From assembly GCF_039654945.1 (NCBI RefSeq), contig NW_027361700.1:8618001-8682000 (forward strand): DNA of 64,000 bases, given 5' to 3'. The notes beneath the pieces are model-generated. The model was not told the origin of the DNA. It worked only from the letters and a program-made list of their open reading frames with translations, and did no database searches. Every line of letters begins with the position of its first letter. Position 1 is the first letter of the stretch. The DNA comes from Dendrobates tinctorius. Lineage: Eukaryota. Shown one piece after another: positions 33,549-46,591 of this stretch. The position numbers were made by a program, and so were the translations under genes.

Positions 33549-34760
33549 CATAGGCAGCCAGTATAGTATAATGCACCCCCATAGGCAGCCTGTATAGTAT
33601 AATGAACCTAGATAAAAAAAAAATCCAATACTCACCTCTCCCCCTTGTTGTTATTGTTCCCAAAGTGCTCTGAGCGCCTACACATCTTCAGACAGCGGGC
33701 ACTGAGCACTGACATCATTGCAACCCCATCAGTGTCGGCGCTGTTGACGTCAGACACTGAGAGGGGGTGATGGGAGATGGAGCGTAACGCTCCTTCTCTC
33801 ATAAATGCGGTCAGCTGTATCGGCATCCAGCCGATACAGTTGAACCTGCGATGACGAGCGGGGGGCCCACTGATGATACAGGGCCCCCCACTGCCTCCTC
33901 AGGGGCCCTATAGCGGCCGGGTGGCAGAGCAGGGAGATCGATTCTCCATGCTCTGCCGCATAATGTAACTGTATCGGCACGATGTGCTCGCCGATAGTTA
34001 CATAGCCTAACTCCAGGTGGGACCCCTCAGAGCACGGGGCCCGGGGCCACAGCCCCCTCTGTAACTAAGCTACTGGTTCATTCTAATGAAATCCAAAATA
34101 CATCAGTTTCCCCAAGTGCTAAGGAGAAATTGGTAGAACTTCATGTAATAAATCTCTGCAAAGGTGATCTGACATTTTAGATGACCAAATTCTTTGAAGT
34201 TCCTACTGTAAAATGAATGATATAATGTGCTAAACAATCAAGTGCAGCTCATTAATGTTAATCAATGAATGATTAGAAAAAAGCTACACTAACATAGAGC
34301 CAGCTTGTGACTTCAGGATGTTACAATTACACAACTGCAAATCGTGCGTTTAAAAAGTCATTCTCTTTACTGTACAAGTTGTTTCATCCTGTAGAAACAC
34401 TAGGGTAATGAACATAAGCGTGTTTATTGCTTCTACATCTGGAAGGTCTCCAAGATCAGTCATTTTGGGATATGCTGACATCAATGTACCATGCTTCAAG
34501 GATGTGTGCTCTTTTTTCAATACGTGAATCAGTTTCTTGTATCTCATGAACAAAGAAACAAGGATTCATCTCCATTTTACATATAAACTCAGATAATTGG
34601 TATCACTAGGGGGGCTTCAGTTGCCTTTGGGTCCCAATGACTTAGTGGAACTTTTGCACCTCCTATCACATAAAAAAGCAATATGATAGCGATGGCAAGA
34701 CATCTTATGTGAAACGGTGCTGGTTATTAGATTAGTTATTGAGCCTCCGCCGACATCATA

Positions 34761-37700
34761 CATAGTAACATAGTTAGTAAGGCCGAAAAAAGACATTAGT
34801 CCATCCAGTTCAGCCTATAAAATTCTGTCAGAATAAATCCCCAGATCTACGTCCTTCTAAAGAACCTAACAATAACTGTAAGATACAATATTGTTACGCT
34901 CCAGGAAGACATCCAGGCCTCTCTTGAACCCTTCGACTGAGTTCGCCATCACCACCTCCTCAGGAAGGGAATTCCAGATTCTCACTGCCCTAACAGTAAA
35001 AAATCCTCTTCTATTTTGGTGGAAAAACCTTTTCTCCTCCAGACGCAGACCCCTTGTGACCATCACCTTCCTCGGTATAAACAGATCCTCGGAGAGATAT
35101 TTGTATTGTCTCCTTATATACTTATACATGGTTATTAGATCGCCCCTCAGTCGTCTTTTTTCTAGACTAAATAATCCTAATTTTGCTAATCTCTCTGGGT
35201 ATTGTAGTTCCCCCATCCCCTTTATTAATTTTGTTGCCCTCCTTTGTACCCGCTCTAGTTCCATTATATCCTTCCTGAGCACCGGTGCCCAAAACTGTAC
35301 ACAATACTCCATGTGCAGTCTAACTAGAGATTTGTACAGAGGCAGTATAATGCTCTCATCATGTGTATCCAGACCTCTTTTAATGCACCCCATGATCATG
35401 TTTGCCTTGGCAGCTGCTGCCTGGCACTAGCTGCTCCAGGTAAGTTTATCATTAACTAGGATCCCCAAGTCCTTCTCCATGCCAGATTTACCCAGTGGTT
35501 TACCGTTCAGTGTGTAATGGTGATATTGATTCCTTCTTCCCATGTGTATAACCTTACATTTATTAAACTGCATCTGCCACCTTTTGGCCCAAGTTCCCAA
35601 CTTATCCAGATCCATCTGTAGCAGAATACTATCTTCTCTTGTATTGACTGCTTTACATAGGTTTTGTATCATCTGCAAATATCGATATTTTACTGTGCAA
35701 ACCTTCTACCAGATCGTTAATAAAAATATGTTGAAGAGAATAGATCTCAACACCAACCCCTGCGGTACCCCACTGGTCACAGCGACCCAGTTAGAGAATA
35801 TATCATTTATAACCACCCTCTGCTTTCTATCACTAAGCCAGTTACTTACCCATTTACACACAATTTCCCCCAGACCCAGCATTCTCATTTTGTGTACCAA
35901 CCTCTTGTGTGGCACGGTATCAAACGCTTTGGAAAAATCAAGATATACCACATCCAATGACTCACCTTGGTCCAGTCTATAGCTTACCTCTTCATAAAAA
36001 CTGATTAGATTGGTTTGACAGGAGCGATTCCTCATAAACCCATGCTGATATGGAGTTAAACAGTTATTCTCATTGAGATACTCCAGAATAACATCCCTCA
36101 AACCCTTCAAATATTTTACCAACAATAGAGGTTAGACTTACTGGCCTATAATTTCCAAGTTCACTTTTAGAGCCCTTTTTGAATATTGGTACCACATTTG
36201 CTATGCGCCAGTCCTGTGGAACAGACCCCGTCGCTATAGAGTCTCTAAATATAAGAAATAATGGTTTGTCTATTACATTACTTAGTTCTCTTAGTACTCG
36301 TGGGTGTATGCCATCCGGACCCGGAGATTTATCTATTTTAATCTTATTCAGTCAGTTTTGCACCTCTTCTTGGGTTAGATTGGTGACCCTTAATATAGGG
36401 TTTTCTTTGTCTCTCGGCATTTCACCTAGCATTTTATTTTCCACCGTGAATACCGTGGAGAAGGTGTTTAATAGATTAGCTTTTTCCTCATCATCTACAA
36501 CCATACTTTCCTCACAACTTTTTAATGGGCCTACACTTTCACTTTTGATTCTTTTACTATTGATATAGTTGAAGAACAGCTTGGAACTAGTTTTACTCTC
36601 CTTAGCAATGTGCTTCTCTGTTTCCTTTTTGGCAGCTTTAATTATTTTTTTAGATAAAGAATTTTTCTCCTTATAGTTTTTTAGAGCTTCAACGGTGCCA
36701 TCCTGCTTTAGTAGTTTAAATGCTTTCTTTTTACTGTTAATTGCCCCTCTTACTTTTTTGTTTAGCCACATTGGGTTTTTCCTATTTCTTGTCCTTTTAT
36801 TCCCACAAGGTATAAACCGCTTACAGTGCCTATTAGGGATGTTCTTAAACATTTCACATTTATTTTCTGTATTCTTTTTCTGAGGACATTGTCCCAGTCA
36901 ACCAGATTAAGGGCATTTCTAAGCTGGTCAAACTTTGCCTTCCTAAAGTTCAGTGTTTTTGTGACTCTCCGACATGTCCCCCTAGCGAAAGGCAAGTGAA
37001 ATTGTACAATATTGTGGTCGCTATTGCCTAGATGCCCAACAACCTGCAGATTTGTTATTCTGTCAGGTCTGTTAGATAGTATTAGGTCTAAAAGTGCTGC
37101 TCCTCTGGTTGGATTCTGCATCAATTGTGAAAGATAATTATTCTTGGCTATTAGCAGAAACCTGTTGCCTTTTTGGGTTTCGCAGGTCTCTGTTTCCCAG
37201 TTAATATCCGGGTAGTTAAAGACCCCCATAACAAGTACCTCATTATGAGTTGCAGCCAGAGTTGAGCGACTTTGGTCGGATCGGGTTTCATGAAACAAAA
37301 TTTGTTTCAGATGAAACTGGTCCGACTAGGGCTAAAAAAAAAGTCGGCGTTTCGTCCAAAACCCGACCCCAATGCAAATCAATGGGGATTAAAAGTCGGC
37401 ATTGAGTGGATGAATGTCATCCGCTCAATGCCGACTTTTTTTTCCCATTGACTTGCATTGGGATCGGGTTTCGGACGAAACTCTGACTTTTTTTGCCCTA
37501 GTTGGACCAGTTTCATCTGAAACAAATTTTGTTTCATGAAACTGGTAATTCACACCGTGGTCCTGGAATCCGAATCCTTGTTGTCTGCACCATCGTCTTA
37601 GCCAGTTGTTCGCATCAAGGATCCTGTTCCATCTCCTGGTGCCATGCCCGTCTACTGGAAGGATAGAAGAAAAAACTACCTGTGCATCCAGTTCCTTTAC

Positions 37701-37832
37701 TTTCCTCCCCAACTCTTCAAAGTCCTTGCAGATTGTCGGTAGGTCCTTCCTTGCCATGTCATTGGTGCCAACATGTATCAGAAGAAATGGGTGGGCGTCC
37801 TTGGAACTGATGAGCTTTGGTATCCTATCGGA
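34761..37832 (-). mobile_element. Long CR1 LINE: end of ORF1 (SGNH esterase-like) plus most of ORF2, frameshifted
   Basis: 3' tail (TAACTATG-type) at 34761, RT motifs (YLDFSKAFDTVPH, SGVPQG), endonuclease end (GNSDH) and an ORF1 segment LIHVGTND...NNWLRRWC. Confidence 0.93.
37257..37542. mobile_element. Palindromic hAT MITE sharing the terminus of the 10-kb hAT; right TIR lost
   Basis: Starts CAGAGTTGAGCGA, contains TCGGGTTTCATGAAAC as in 4450-4465, and folds back around about 37412. Confidence 0.85.
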
Positions 37833-38482
37833 TAACAGCTGGTCGTCGGAGGTGCCGTGTCTCACCCCCCCACTGATCAGACATTGATGATCTATCTTAA
37901 GGAAAGGCCATCAATGTTTAAGTCCCTAAAAACCCCTTTAATGGAAATCTAGCACCAGTTTTTTTGCAATGTAATCTGTGAGCTGAGAAACTGATTCCAG
38001 CGATGTGTCTCTTGCTGGTCTGCATGTTATCATTTTGATACAATCCCCGTTTTCTCTGCAGTCCTCTAATTGCTGAGCCCTGTGTAACCCCAGACACACC
38101 ACTAATTGGTAGTGTTCTGTGTACACTGTACACTGACAGAAAGCTGCTAATCAGTGGTGGAGAGTAGTTAACTAAGAGGCATGAGACATCTAGCTCTGCA
38201 GCAGTGGTAATCCCCTGCTGACAATACTGATTTTATTGAAACAGCAACACAGCCCAGTAAGTGACACCTCACTGGAATCAGGCCCTACATCATGCTGCTC
38301 TCAGATTACATAGCAAAACATGCTAACAGATTCCCTTTTTAAATGTAAGATTGCTTATTACCCCCACCTCTCGAACCCCCCCCCCCAAAAAAAAAAAAAA
38401 TTCTTGTTCTGGAGCTCCTCCTTCTCAAGGCTTGGCAATGTAGCTAAGCAAAGAGCAAGAATGGCAAACATGTATTTGAAGC

Positions 38483-38485
<3 letters not shown>

Positions 38486-38530
<45 letters not shown>
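38486..38530. repeat. (TA)n microsatellite
   Basis: Direct observation. Confidence 0.95.
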
Positions 38531-38531
<1 letters not shown>

Positions 38532-39313
38532 TTGATCAGTAATTCTTATACTAAATGATCATAATTAATCAAAAATGTACTAAATGACTGCAATTTAATA
38601 CCACGTAGACATGGCATTTATAAGTATTTAATGAACATGTACAAATACTTCAAATATTAACTTTACAAACTATAGTATACATCTCTTTTTAAAAATAATG
38701 TTATATATAGTTTATATACCATAATTTACTCCTTATTCGGATCATTTTCTACAACATAATTACATATAAGTTATTCAATAACCAAACTTATCGCCTCTAA
38801 CAACTACTAGACAAAGAAAATATAGAAATACAGACAATGAGAGTACATTTGCACTTAATATTAGAATACGCAAAGAATAAAGAAATATATATACCCAAGC
38901 AATGACAAGTTGAGTTTGCTCATAGTGACCCATTAGATGATTTGCATCATCCTGGTCCAAATAACAGGTGATCTTACTGGTTTATTTATTTTACCTGCTT
39001 ATTTAGCGCCATTACTTTCCACGGCGCTTTGCAGGCATCATCATCACTGTCCCCATTGTGGCTCACAATCTAAATTCCCTATTATTATTTATGCATTTCT
39101 GAAGCACAATTAATTGCATGATACTATACCCTATCAGTATATCTTAGGAGTAACAGAATATATCTTTCGTGGAAAAAATAGAGATTTCTTTTCTGCTATT
39201 CCTTGTTGTTCTACATTCGACCTGTTAATATTTAGTCCTTCGTTTTAAATTGTCACATTAAAGGGATTCTGTCCTGAAGCATCATAGAAGCCATTGCATT
39301 GTGAACATTACTA

Positions 39314-40855
39314 CAGTGGCATGCAAACGTTTGGGCACCCCGGTTAAAGAAACTTTTATTGTGAACAGTTACACAAGTTGAGGGTGAAATGATCTCTAAA
39401 AGGCCTAAAGTTAAAGATGACACATTTCCTTTATATTTAAGCAAAAAAAAAAAAGTTTATATAAATTTTTGTTTTTTTAAAAATTACAAAAAGGGAAATG
39501 GGCCGATGCTAAGTTTTGGCACCCTTGTAGATTTGTGTGCTCAGATAACGTTGATCAAGGTTTTAGACATTAATTAGCCTTTTATGGTTATGGCTTGTTC
39601 ACTATCATCGTTAAGAAAGACCAGCTGATGCAAATTTCTCAGCTTTAACAAAAGAAAAAATCCATCTTCCACTAACCTTGTGTCAAAAACCAGCAGCCAT
39701 CGGTTCTTCTAAGCTGCTGCCTAGCACTCTGAAAATGGTGACGGATCACAAAACTGGAGAGGGCTATAATTAGAGAGCAAAGCATTTTCAAGTTGCCCTT
39801 TCCTCAGTTTTAAATGCAATTAAGAAATGGCAGCTAACAAACAGTGGAAGTCAAGATAAGGTCTGGAAAACCAAGCAAAATTTCAGTGACAACTGCTCAC
39901 AGGATTGCTAGAGAGGCAAATCAGAACCTCCAATTGACTGTAAAAGACCATCAGGAAAATTAGCAGACCCTGGAGTTGTGGTGCATTGTTCTACTGTTCA
40001 GAGACGCCTGCACCAATATGGCCTTCATGGAATAGTCATCAGAAAAAACCTCTCCTGCGTCCTCATCACAAAATTCATCATTAGAAGTATGCAAAAGAAC
40101 ATCTAAACAAGCCTGAGGCATTTTGGAAGTCATGCGGATCCATGAGGTTAAATTATAACTTTTTTTGGCCTCAAAAGGTATGTGTGGAGAAAAAAAGAGC
40201 ACAGAATATCAGGAAAAGAACATATCACCAACCATTAAGCATGGGGGTGGATCATTCTTTGGGGTTGTGTTGCAGCCAATGGCACGGGAACATTTCATGG
40301 GTAGAGAGAAGAACGGATTCAATGAAATTTCAACAAATTTTAGATGCAAAAACAATACAGTCTGTAAAGAAGCTGAAGTTGAAAAGAGGATGGCTTCTAC
40401 AAACAGATAATTATACTAAACAAAGGCCACCACAGTCTCGTGATCTGAACATCACTGAAATTCTGTGGCTAGACCTCAGAATAGCAGTGCATGCAAGGCA
40501 ACCCAGGAATCTCAGAGCTGGAAGCATTTTCCAATGAAGAATGGATGAAAATCCCTCAAACAAGAATTGAAAGACTGTTCTCTGGCTACAAAAAGCATTT
40601 ACAAGCTGTGACACTTTCAAAAGGCGGCGTTACTAGGTACTAACCATGTAAGATGCCCAAACTTTTCTGTCGGCCCATTTTCCTTTTTGAAATTTTTAAA
40701 ATGTGAAGGCTATATATGTATTTTTTTTGCCTACAATACAAAGTGAATAATTCATCTTTAACTTGAGGCCTTTTAATCATTCAATCTTCAAGTTGCTAAC
40801 TGTTCAAAATGACAAAAATTTTGACCACGGATGCCCAAACTTTTATATGCCACTG
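39314..40855 (+). mobile_element. Decayed full-length Tc1-like element
   Basis: TA-flanked TIRs CAGTGGCATGCAAACGTTTGGGCA and TGCCCAAACTTTTATATGCCACTG. Broken transposase (PTIKHGGGS, LQTDN, QSRDLNITEILW). Confidence 0.9.
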
Positions 40856-43800
40856 TATGGTCCTTAATCATAAACTAGGACCAATGTAGTCATGGGAAAC
40901 TCGCTGTAATAGTGGGGATCCACTGATTTTATGGGTTTTGGAAATTCCTGAAATTCATGTATGGATTAGATTTCTTTGATGTTTGAAATTTTCCAGCAAA
41001 ATATATACAAGAGTAGCTCTAACCAGCCAAACCATAGACCCATCTGTTCTTTCCCCTCATCAGTACATAGCAAGATACTGGTTGGAAGAATGAGATGATA
41101 ATGGTGCTCATATTTCAGTTTGAAGACTTATTTTCAAGGCAATGCTCCCTCCATGGGAAAAAATATGCAAAGTGCTAGTTGTATCCTTTCAATAAGAGCC
41201 AGCATCTACCTTCAGTGCTGTCTTACACTATCGTTCCTGGGCTGTCAATTTTTTTTTTTTTTTTTATAAGCACACAACACATAAACCCATAAAGTTTCAT
41301 TGATCCATACACGCATTAGTTTTAAAAACGGATCCATGTGTATGATCAGGGAGAGTCACAGGAGAGAAGTGCTATTCTGATCCATTTTACAGATTATAAT
41401 CTGCCATTAAAATCTATTGGGATCCGTTAAAAACGGCTAAAAACAAAAGACTTGGGCTTCTATTAATCAAGATCGGCGTTGCTTAGGCACATCTTGTTGA
41501 GGGGGCATGCTGGATTCAGAAGTGTCTGAATTGTTACATACTGCATGCATCTTAATGAATCAGGAGCGTTGCACAAGTGGCGTGCACTACAAAAATCCTA
41601 CTCCAGTCTCAGCTGGAGTAAGATTTGTTGCATTGTGAACTCTGTCGTTCGTCATGAATTTGATGAGAAGTGGTTACCACAACCTCGATCCACCCCAACT
41701 TTGTCGCAGCCTCAAGTGGCAACAAAATTTTAGGACATTTCCAAGCTTTTTATGGCAGAATACTGGTGTAAAAGCTTTGATGAATTGGGCCCATACTATT
41801 CTCCTTGTCAGGCTGCGTCCATCTCCATGATTTCAGCTCTGAGACCTAGATTACATCTATATTACAAGAGCTGAGCATGTGCCTATTTCATCCTGATAGG
41901 GGTTGACCATTCAGAATAAATGACATAACTACCCTGTGTCCATTAGTTCGTGTTTATTGCAGGTCTACAGGCAAACGCCATAAGAGCTGGGGTTAAATAG
42001 GTTTTTCTTTGCAGATTTTGATGCCATCAGTTGACTGCTAAAACTGTTTAAACCAGAATTCAATAGGTGAGAATTCAATAAGCTCCATGGATTCTCTCTC
42101 CAGATTATAGTGCACATGGCTCATAGACAATGGTTATACATGGAATTCTAACATGAGGTGTCATAACCTTATTCAACGCTGTCCTGCATTTCATAAATGT
42201 TTGTATAACCCCCTGTATATGCTCAAAAACCTTTTTAAGTTCTCCAGCGCTGTATGGTAATCCGGTCTGATGGGAATGGTTCGGGACCTCTCCTCCCGGC
42301 TCCTGCTCGCCATTCTCCTTCTTTAATTGATGTGGATGACGCCTTTTGTCATCCCCATTACCCGGCATAATCTTGCGCCTGCGCACAGAAACCACAGGTT
42401 CGCGCCTGCGCATTATGCTTTGCCTTACTGTGGGCAGACAAAAAAAAGGGCGCATGCGCCAGTAGTAGGGCACAACTTGGTCCACAGGCACAAGCCGTGA
42501 TTTCTGTGTGCAGGGACAAGATTTCACCCAGCAATATGGATGACGCAAGGCAATTAAAGAAGGAGCAGGGTAAGCAGAAGCCGGGGGAAGGGATGGAGTG
42601 GCCCAAAACCATGACCATCGTACAGGACCGACTCGATTAAAAAGGACTTAAACAGGTTTTTGGGAGGTATACAGGGGGAGTCAGGGGGTTATATACTCAT
42701 TTATAGCATGCTGCACCAGTGCTGAATAAGGTGATAGTTTAGTTGATATATGACAACACTTGTAACAGATTTCCTTTAAAGGGTTTTTCTGGATTCACAG
42801 TTAGTGTCCAAAGACTTGAATTTCTTTGAAAATAACAAAATCAACATTAGGGTCTCTGTAGCGTCTTCTCTCGGGTGCTGCTTGAGGTCTTTGATGACAT
42901 AGCTAACTGGACTCAGCAGTCACACAGAGGTAGACAGCAAATGAGTGCTAAGCCCAGTAATTAGCTGCAGTGGTAACATGTTGTATATGTCACTGTATCC
43001 ATGTAACAAATTAAACAGAGGAGGAGCTCAGATGTCCCTGAGCTAGTGGGTGAAGACTAGCTGCTGTGATGTCTTCTATACACAACACAGACACATGAGA
43101 GATTTCTGCTCTCCTGTCCCTATTTAGCACGTTCCAAAGCTAAAACAGTATAGAGGACATTACACAGCAGTGTAGCTGTGAAACCAGCAGCACCAGGCTG
43201 TGAGCATTGGTCTCATTCTGCTCCTCCATCCACTTTCCACAGACTTCAATGGGCAGCTGAAATCTGAGAAGGTATATGACAAAGTTTAAAATATCTGATT
43301 AATGTAGGCAAAATATGTTGTAACAGTGGCCATTTAACTTTGAAACCATAGATCATTTAAGAACTCTGATAAAATGAATTCAACTTTTAGAGGCTTTGTT
43401 TTTGCACATATCTGTTTATGTAAAGCACAAACTTGTGCAATGTACGAGCATTGTGGCGTATGCAAAAAAAAAGGCATTTTCACCATCACAAAAAGGCAGC
43501 TAACATTTTCATTAAAGACTTCTTCACCTTAGCCCAAAGGCTTTTCTGGAAATATGGCAGCTCTTCTGAGCAATCTCTATTCAGTTCATTGTCAGTGCAC
43601 TTAGAATACTGTATGGATTTTCTATTAACCTCTGACAATAGAGTAACAATAGAGTAAAACATCTATGAAACATATGTAGTGCTCCTGAACAGAAGGTTAG
43701 ACAACATACATCAAGCTCTACCGTGTCTTCTAGTTTGGTTGATAAAACCATCTTGCGGAATTAAACCATTTAGTTTCTTAAGTACAGAATACCCCAAAAT

Positions 43801-44417
43801 TTTGTCTTGTAGATGTGAAAATGAATGATTACTCTGTTCACACCCAAAGACATTAACATAACCATTAATGGTGCATAGGTTGCATTTGTTCTAGGTCCTG
43901 AGGCTTGAGGACATCAATTGATCCCTCTGCCCTATAAGACAATGGTGCAACCAGAATTTGCATGTGACAACCGTGAATGTCCAAGTAGCAATTCTGTTTC
44001 AGGACCCTTACACTATGCCTGAACGAATAGACTTGGAGACTACACATGATTCAGAGGTAGACAAAAGAAACTGTCAGACCTTGACCTCAATATAGAAGTC
44101 TAAAAAAATGAGTGCTAAGACATCTAAACAATAACATTTATTCCAAGAGTAGAAACCAATATTCTAGGTCAACATAATACAAAGATCTGCATTTCAGGAC
44201 CCCACCACCAATTCCCACTCCAAATAGGCCAACTGCATATTCTATGATGTTCTCATGGCATCTGTCAGTTCTGGATGAAGAGTAATAACTGTATCAAGGT
44301 CACAGTGCTATGGCGTAAAGAAATTTGGCAGAATATTTAAAGGGTTTGGACACTTTATTTTTATTATAACACATGTATTGGGAACACTATGTGTTATTGT
44401 TGCACTAACACCTCATT

Positions 44418-44696
44418 ATTACAAGTTCTCCTCCCTTGTTTTAGTACAACCTTCCTCACAGACTACACAGCTCTCCTTTTCTCATCATGGCCACTGGTGG
44501 AGGAGATTGCGGCCAGACCGGGCCATCAGCCTCCTCCAACTGAAATACAAGTCGGAAAGCGTTTTTTTTTTTTTAATTGGAGGAGACTGATGGCCCGGTT
44601 TGGTAACATGCTCCTCCACCGGCTGCCATGATGAGAACGAGAGCGGTGCAGTCTGTGAGGAAGGTTGTACTATCAGGTTGGTGAAGAACCTGTAAT
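44418..44696. repeat. Imperfect inverted repeat (MITE-like) just downstream of the UQCC1 stop codon
   Basis: Arms about 44418-44540 and 44576-44696 (e.g. GTACAACCTTCCTCACAGACT / AGTCTGTGAGGAAGGTTGTAC). Confidence 0.8.
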
Positions 44697-45017
44697 ACTT
44701 ATATATTACTAAGTGTCACAAAATACGGTCACAAACACATTTGTTAAAATGAAGATAAAGTGGCCGACGCTTTTAATACCATTGGGCCAGGTGTAGATTG
44801 CATAGTATACGAAACGCTGACTCTCCTGGCAAGAAAAGACTCAGTGGTCAAGTCCATAACATTTTACCTATTCCCTGAAAATTATGTAAACCATTCCAAA
44901 GAGCATAAACAAAATACTTTCTGTGTTTTTAACAATTTTCCACAAAGCATACTCGGTCTTCAGGGCTAGATACACCCCGTGCTATCCTCAAGAGATTCAC
45001 ATGGTCATCAACCAATT

Positions 45018-45152
45018 TTAAAGTCCTTCATCATTGTATGTTGGGGGACATGGCTTTAGGATGCTTTGAGGATCAGCCTCCACAAGGGGGCGCCAAGATA
45101 CTTCACCAGTTAAAAGAAGATCTTCTCCGTTCAGCGAATCCAGATATTGCAT
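45018..45152 (-). CDS. UQCC1: Ubiquinol-cytochrome c reductase complex assembly factor 1, last coding exon
   Basis: TTTTAG acceptor, then MQYLDSLNGEDLLLTGEVSWRPLVEADPQSILKPCPPTYNDEGL*. This matches the vertebrate UQCC1 C-terminus as I recall it (..GEDLLLTGEVSWRPLVE..PTYNDEGL). Phase 0, consistent with the upstream exon. Confidence 0.95.
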   Translation of the reverse strand: MQYLDSLNGEDLLLTGEVSWRPLVEADPQSILKPCPPTYNDEGL

Positions 45153-45515
45153 CTAAAACGTAAAATATAAAATAGGTGAACAGAGAGGTAACGTATCAGA
45201 TAAAGTGCTTCATCATCTGCAATGCAAATTATCATTACTGTTGAGCTGTAAATATTCAGGATGTTTCACCTACTAAATAGTCAGCATGGAGTATACTGAT
45301 GACTCCTGACAAGGATGGGTTGCAGTATGAAATGTGACAAGGTCAATTTTTATCACATTCTAGGAGATCCCCTTTAAGATAATGTAAACTGGTCAGTTTT
45401 ATTGCTTTAGGTATATATCAATCCATGCATAATAAGGAGAACAAAATGTTCTGAAGGTTGAATTTAGTCATCACCTTATCATTAAAATGGACTAACATAC
45501 ATCATACATCTTATG

Positions 45516-45519
<4 letters not shown>

Positions 45520-45596
<77 letters not shown>
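45520..45596. repeat. (TA)n(CA)n microsatellite
   Basis: Direct observation; it abuts a Tc1 end. Confidence 0.95.
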
Positions 45597-45598
<2 letters not shown>

Positions 45599-46150
45599 TG
45601 CTCAAAAAAAATAAAGGGCACACTAAAATACCACATTCTAGATATATCTGAATGAAATATTCCAGTTGCAAATTTTTATTCATTGCATAGTGGAATGTGT
45701 CCAGAACAATAAAACATAACATAAATCAAAATGAATATCCCATGCAGGTCTGGATTTGGAATGATACTCAAAATCAAAGCGGAAAATCAAATTACAGGCT
45801 GATCCAACTTCAGTGGAAATGCCTCATGACAAGAAAAGGATGCTCAGTATTGTGTGTGGCCTCCACGTGCCTGTATGACCTCCCTACTGTACAATGCCTG
45901 GGCATGAACCTGATGAGGCGGCGGATGGTCTCCTGAGGGATCTCCTCCCAGACCTTGACTAAAGCATCCGCCAACTCCTGGACAGTCTGTGGTGCAACGT
46001 GACGTTGGTGGATGGAGCGAGACATGATGTCCCAGATGTGCCCAAATCGGATTTAGGTCTGGGGAACGGGCGGGCCAGTCCATAGCTTCAATGCCTTCAT
46101 CTTGCAGGAACTGCTGACACACTCCAGCCACATGAGGGCTGGCATTGTCA
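45596..46150 (-). mobile_element. Tc1-like fragment, same family as 30563-33548
   Basis: Same terminus CACTGCTCAAAAAAAATAAAGGG; DNASPH and WPARSPDLNPI motifs. Confidence 0.88.
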
Positions 46151-46204
46151 GTATCTTGAAAGGGGAAACCACACATAAAAAATAGAAAATAAAAGGTACC
46201 CTAA

Positions 46205-46591
46205 AGGCCCCTTTACATTTAGCAATGCACCAGCGATCCCAACCACGATATGACCCGGTCAGGATTGCTGGTGCATCGCTAAATGGTCGCTAGTGAGCTG
46301 CCAAACAGGCAGATCTCAGCAGCGATGCAGCAGCTGTTGTTACTTACCTGTCAGACGTGGCGATGATGACATCCTCCGCCCGCGTCCACGCGTCGCTCGT
46401 CGGCGCCAGCAGGAAGCCGCCGACGAGAAATGGACCAGGCTGATCTTGCGCGATCACCGATAACCAGCGGGGGAGCTGGTCAGAGGTAAGTATCACATGT
46501 AGCGATATCGCTAGTGATATCGCTGCTGCGTCACAAAGTCGGTGACGCTTTAGCGATATTGCTAGCGATATCGCTATGTGTAAATCCCCCT
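46205..46591. mobile_element. Harbinger-type MITE
   Basis: TAA on both sides, termini AGGCCCCTTTACA / TGTAAATCCCCCT, many AGCGAT/ATCGCT subterminal repeats. Confidence 0.7.

Larger units (their letters stand above)
28160..34073. mobile_element. Probable non-autonomous DNA element with a ~33-bp minisatellite, hosting nested CR1, Tc1 and L2 insertions
   Basis: The minisatellite CCCATAGGCAGCCTGTATAGTATAATGCA at 30265-30562 resumes at 33549-33605, and related units precede the CR1 at about 28850-29045. The right end is GC-rich and ends GCTACTG. The left boundary is uncertain. Confidence 0.5.

Noticed and set aside
15838-45251. 30-kb inversion bounded by the inverted 245-bp copies
   Set aside because: The last UQCC1 exon inside the interval has the same orientation as the exon outside it, so the present arrangement needs no inversion.
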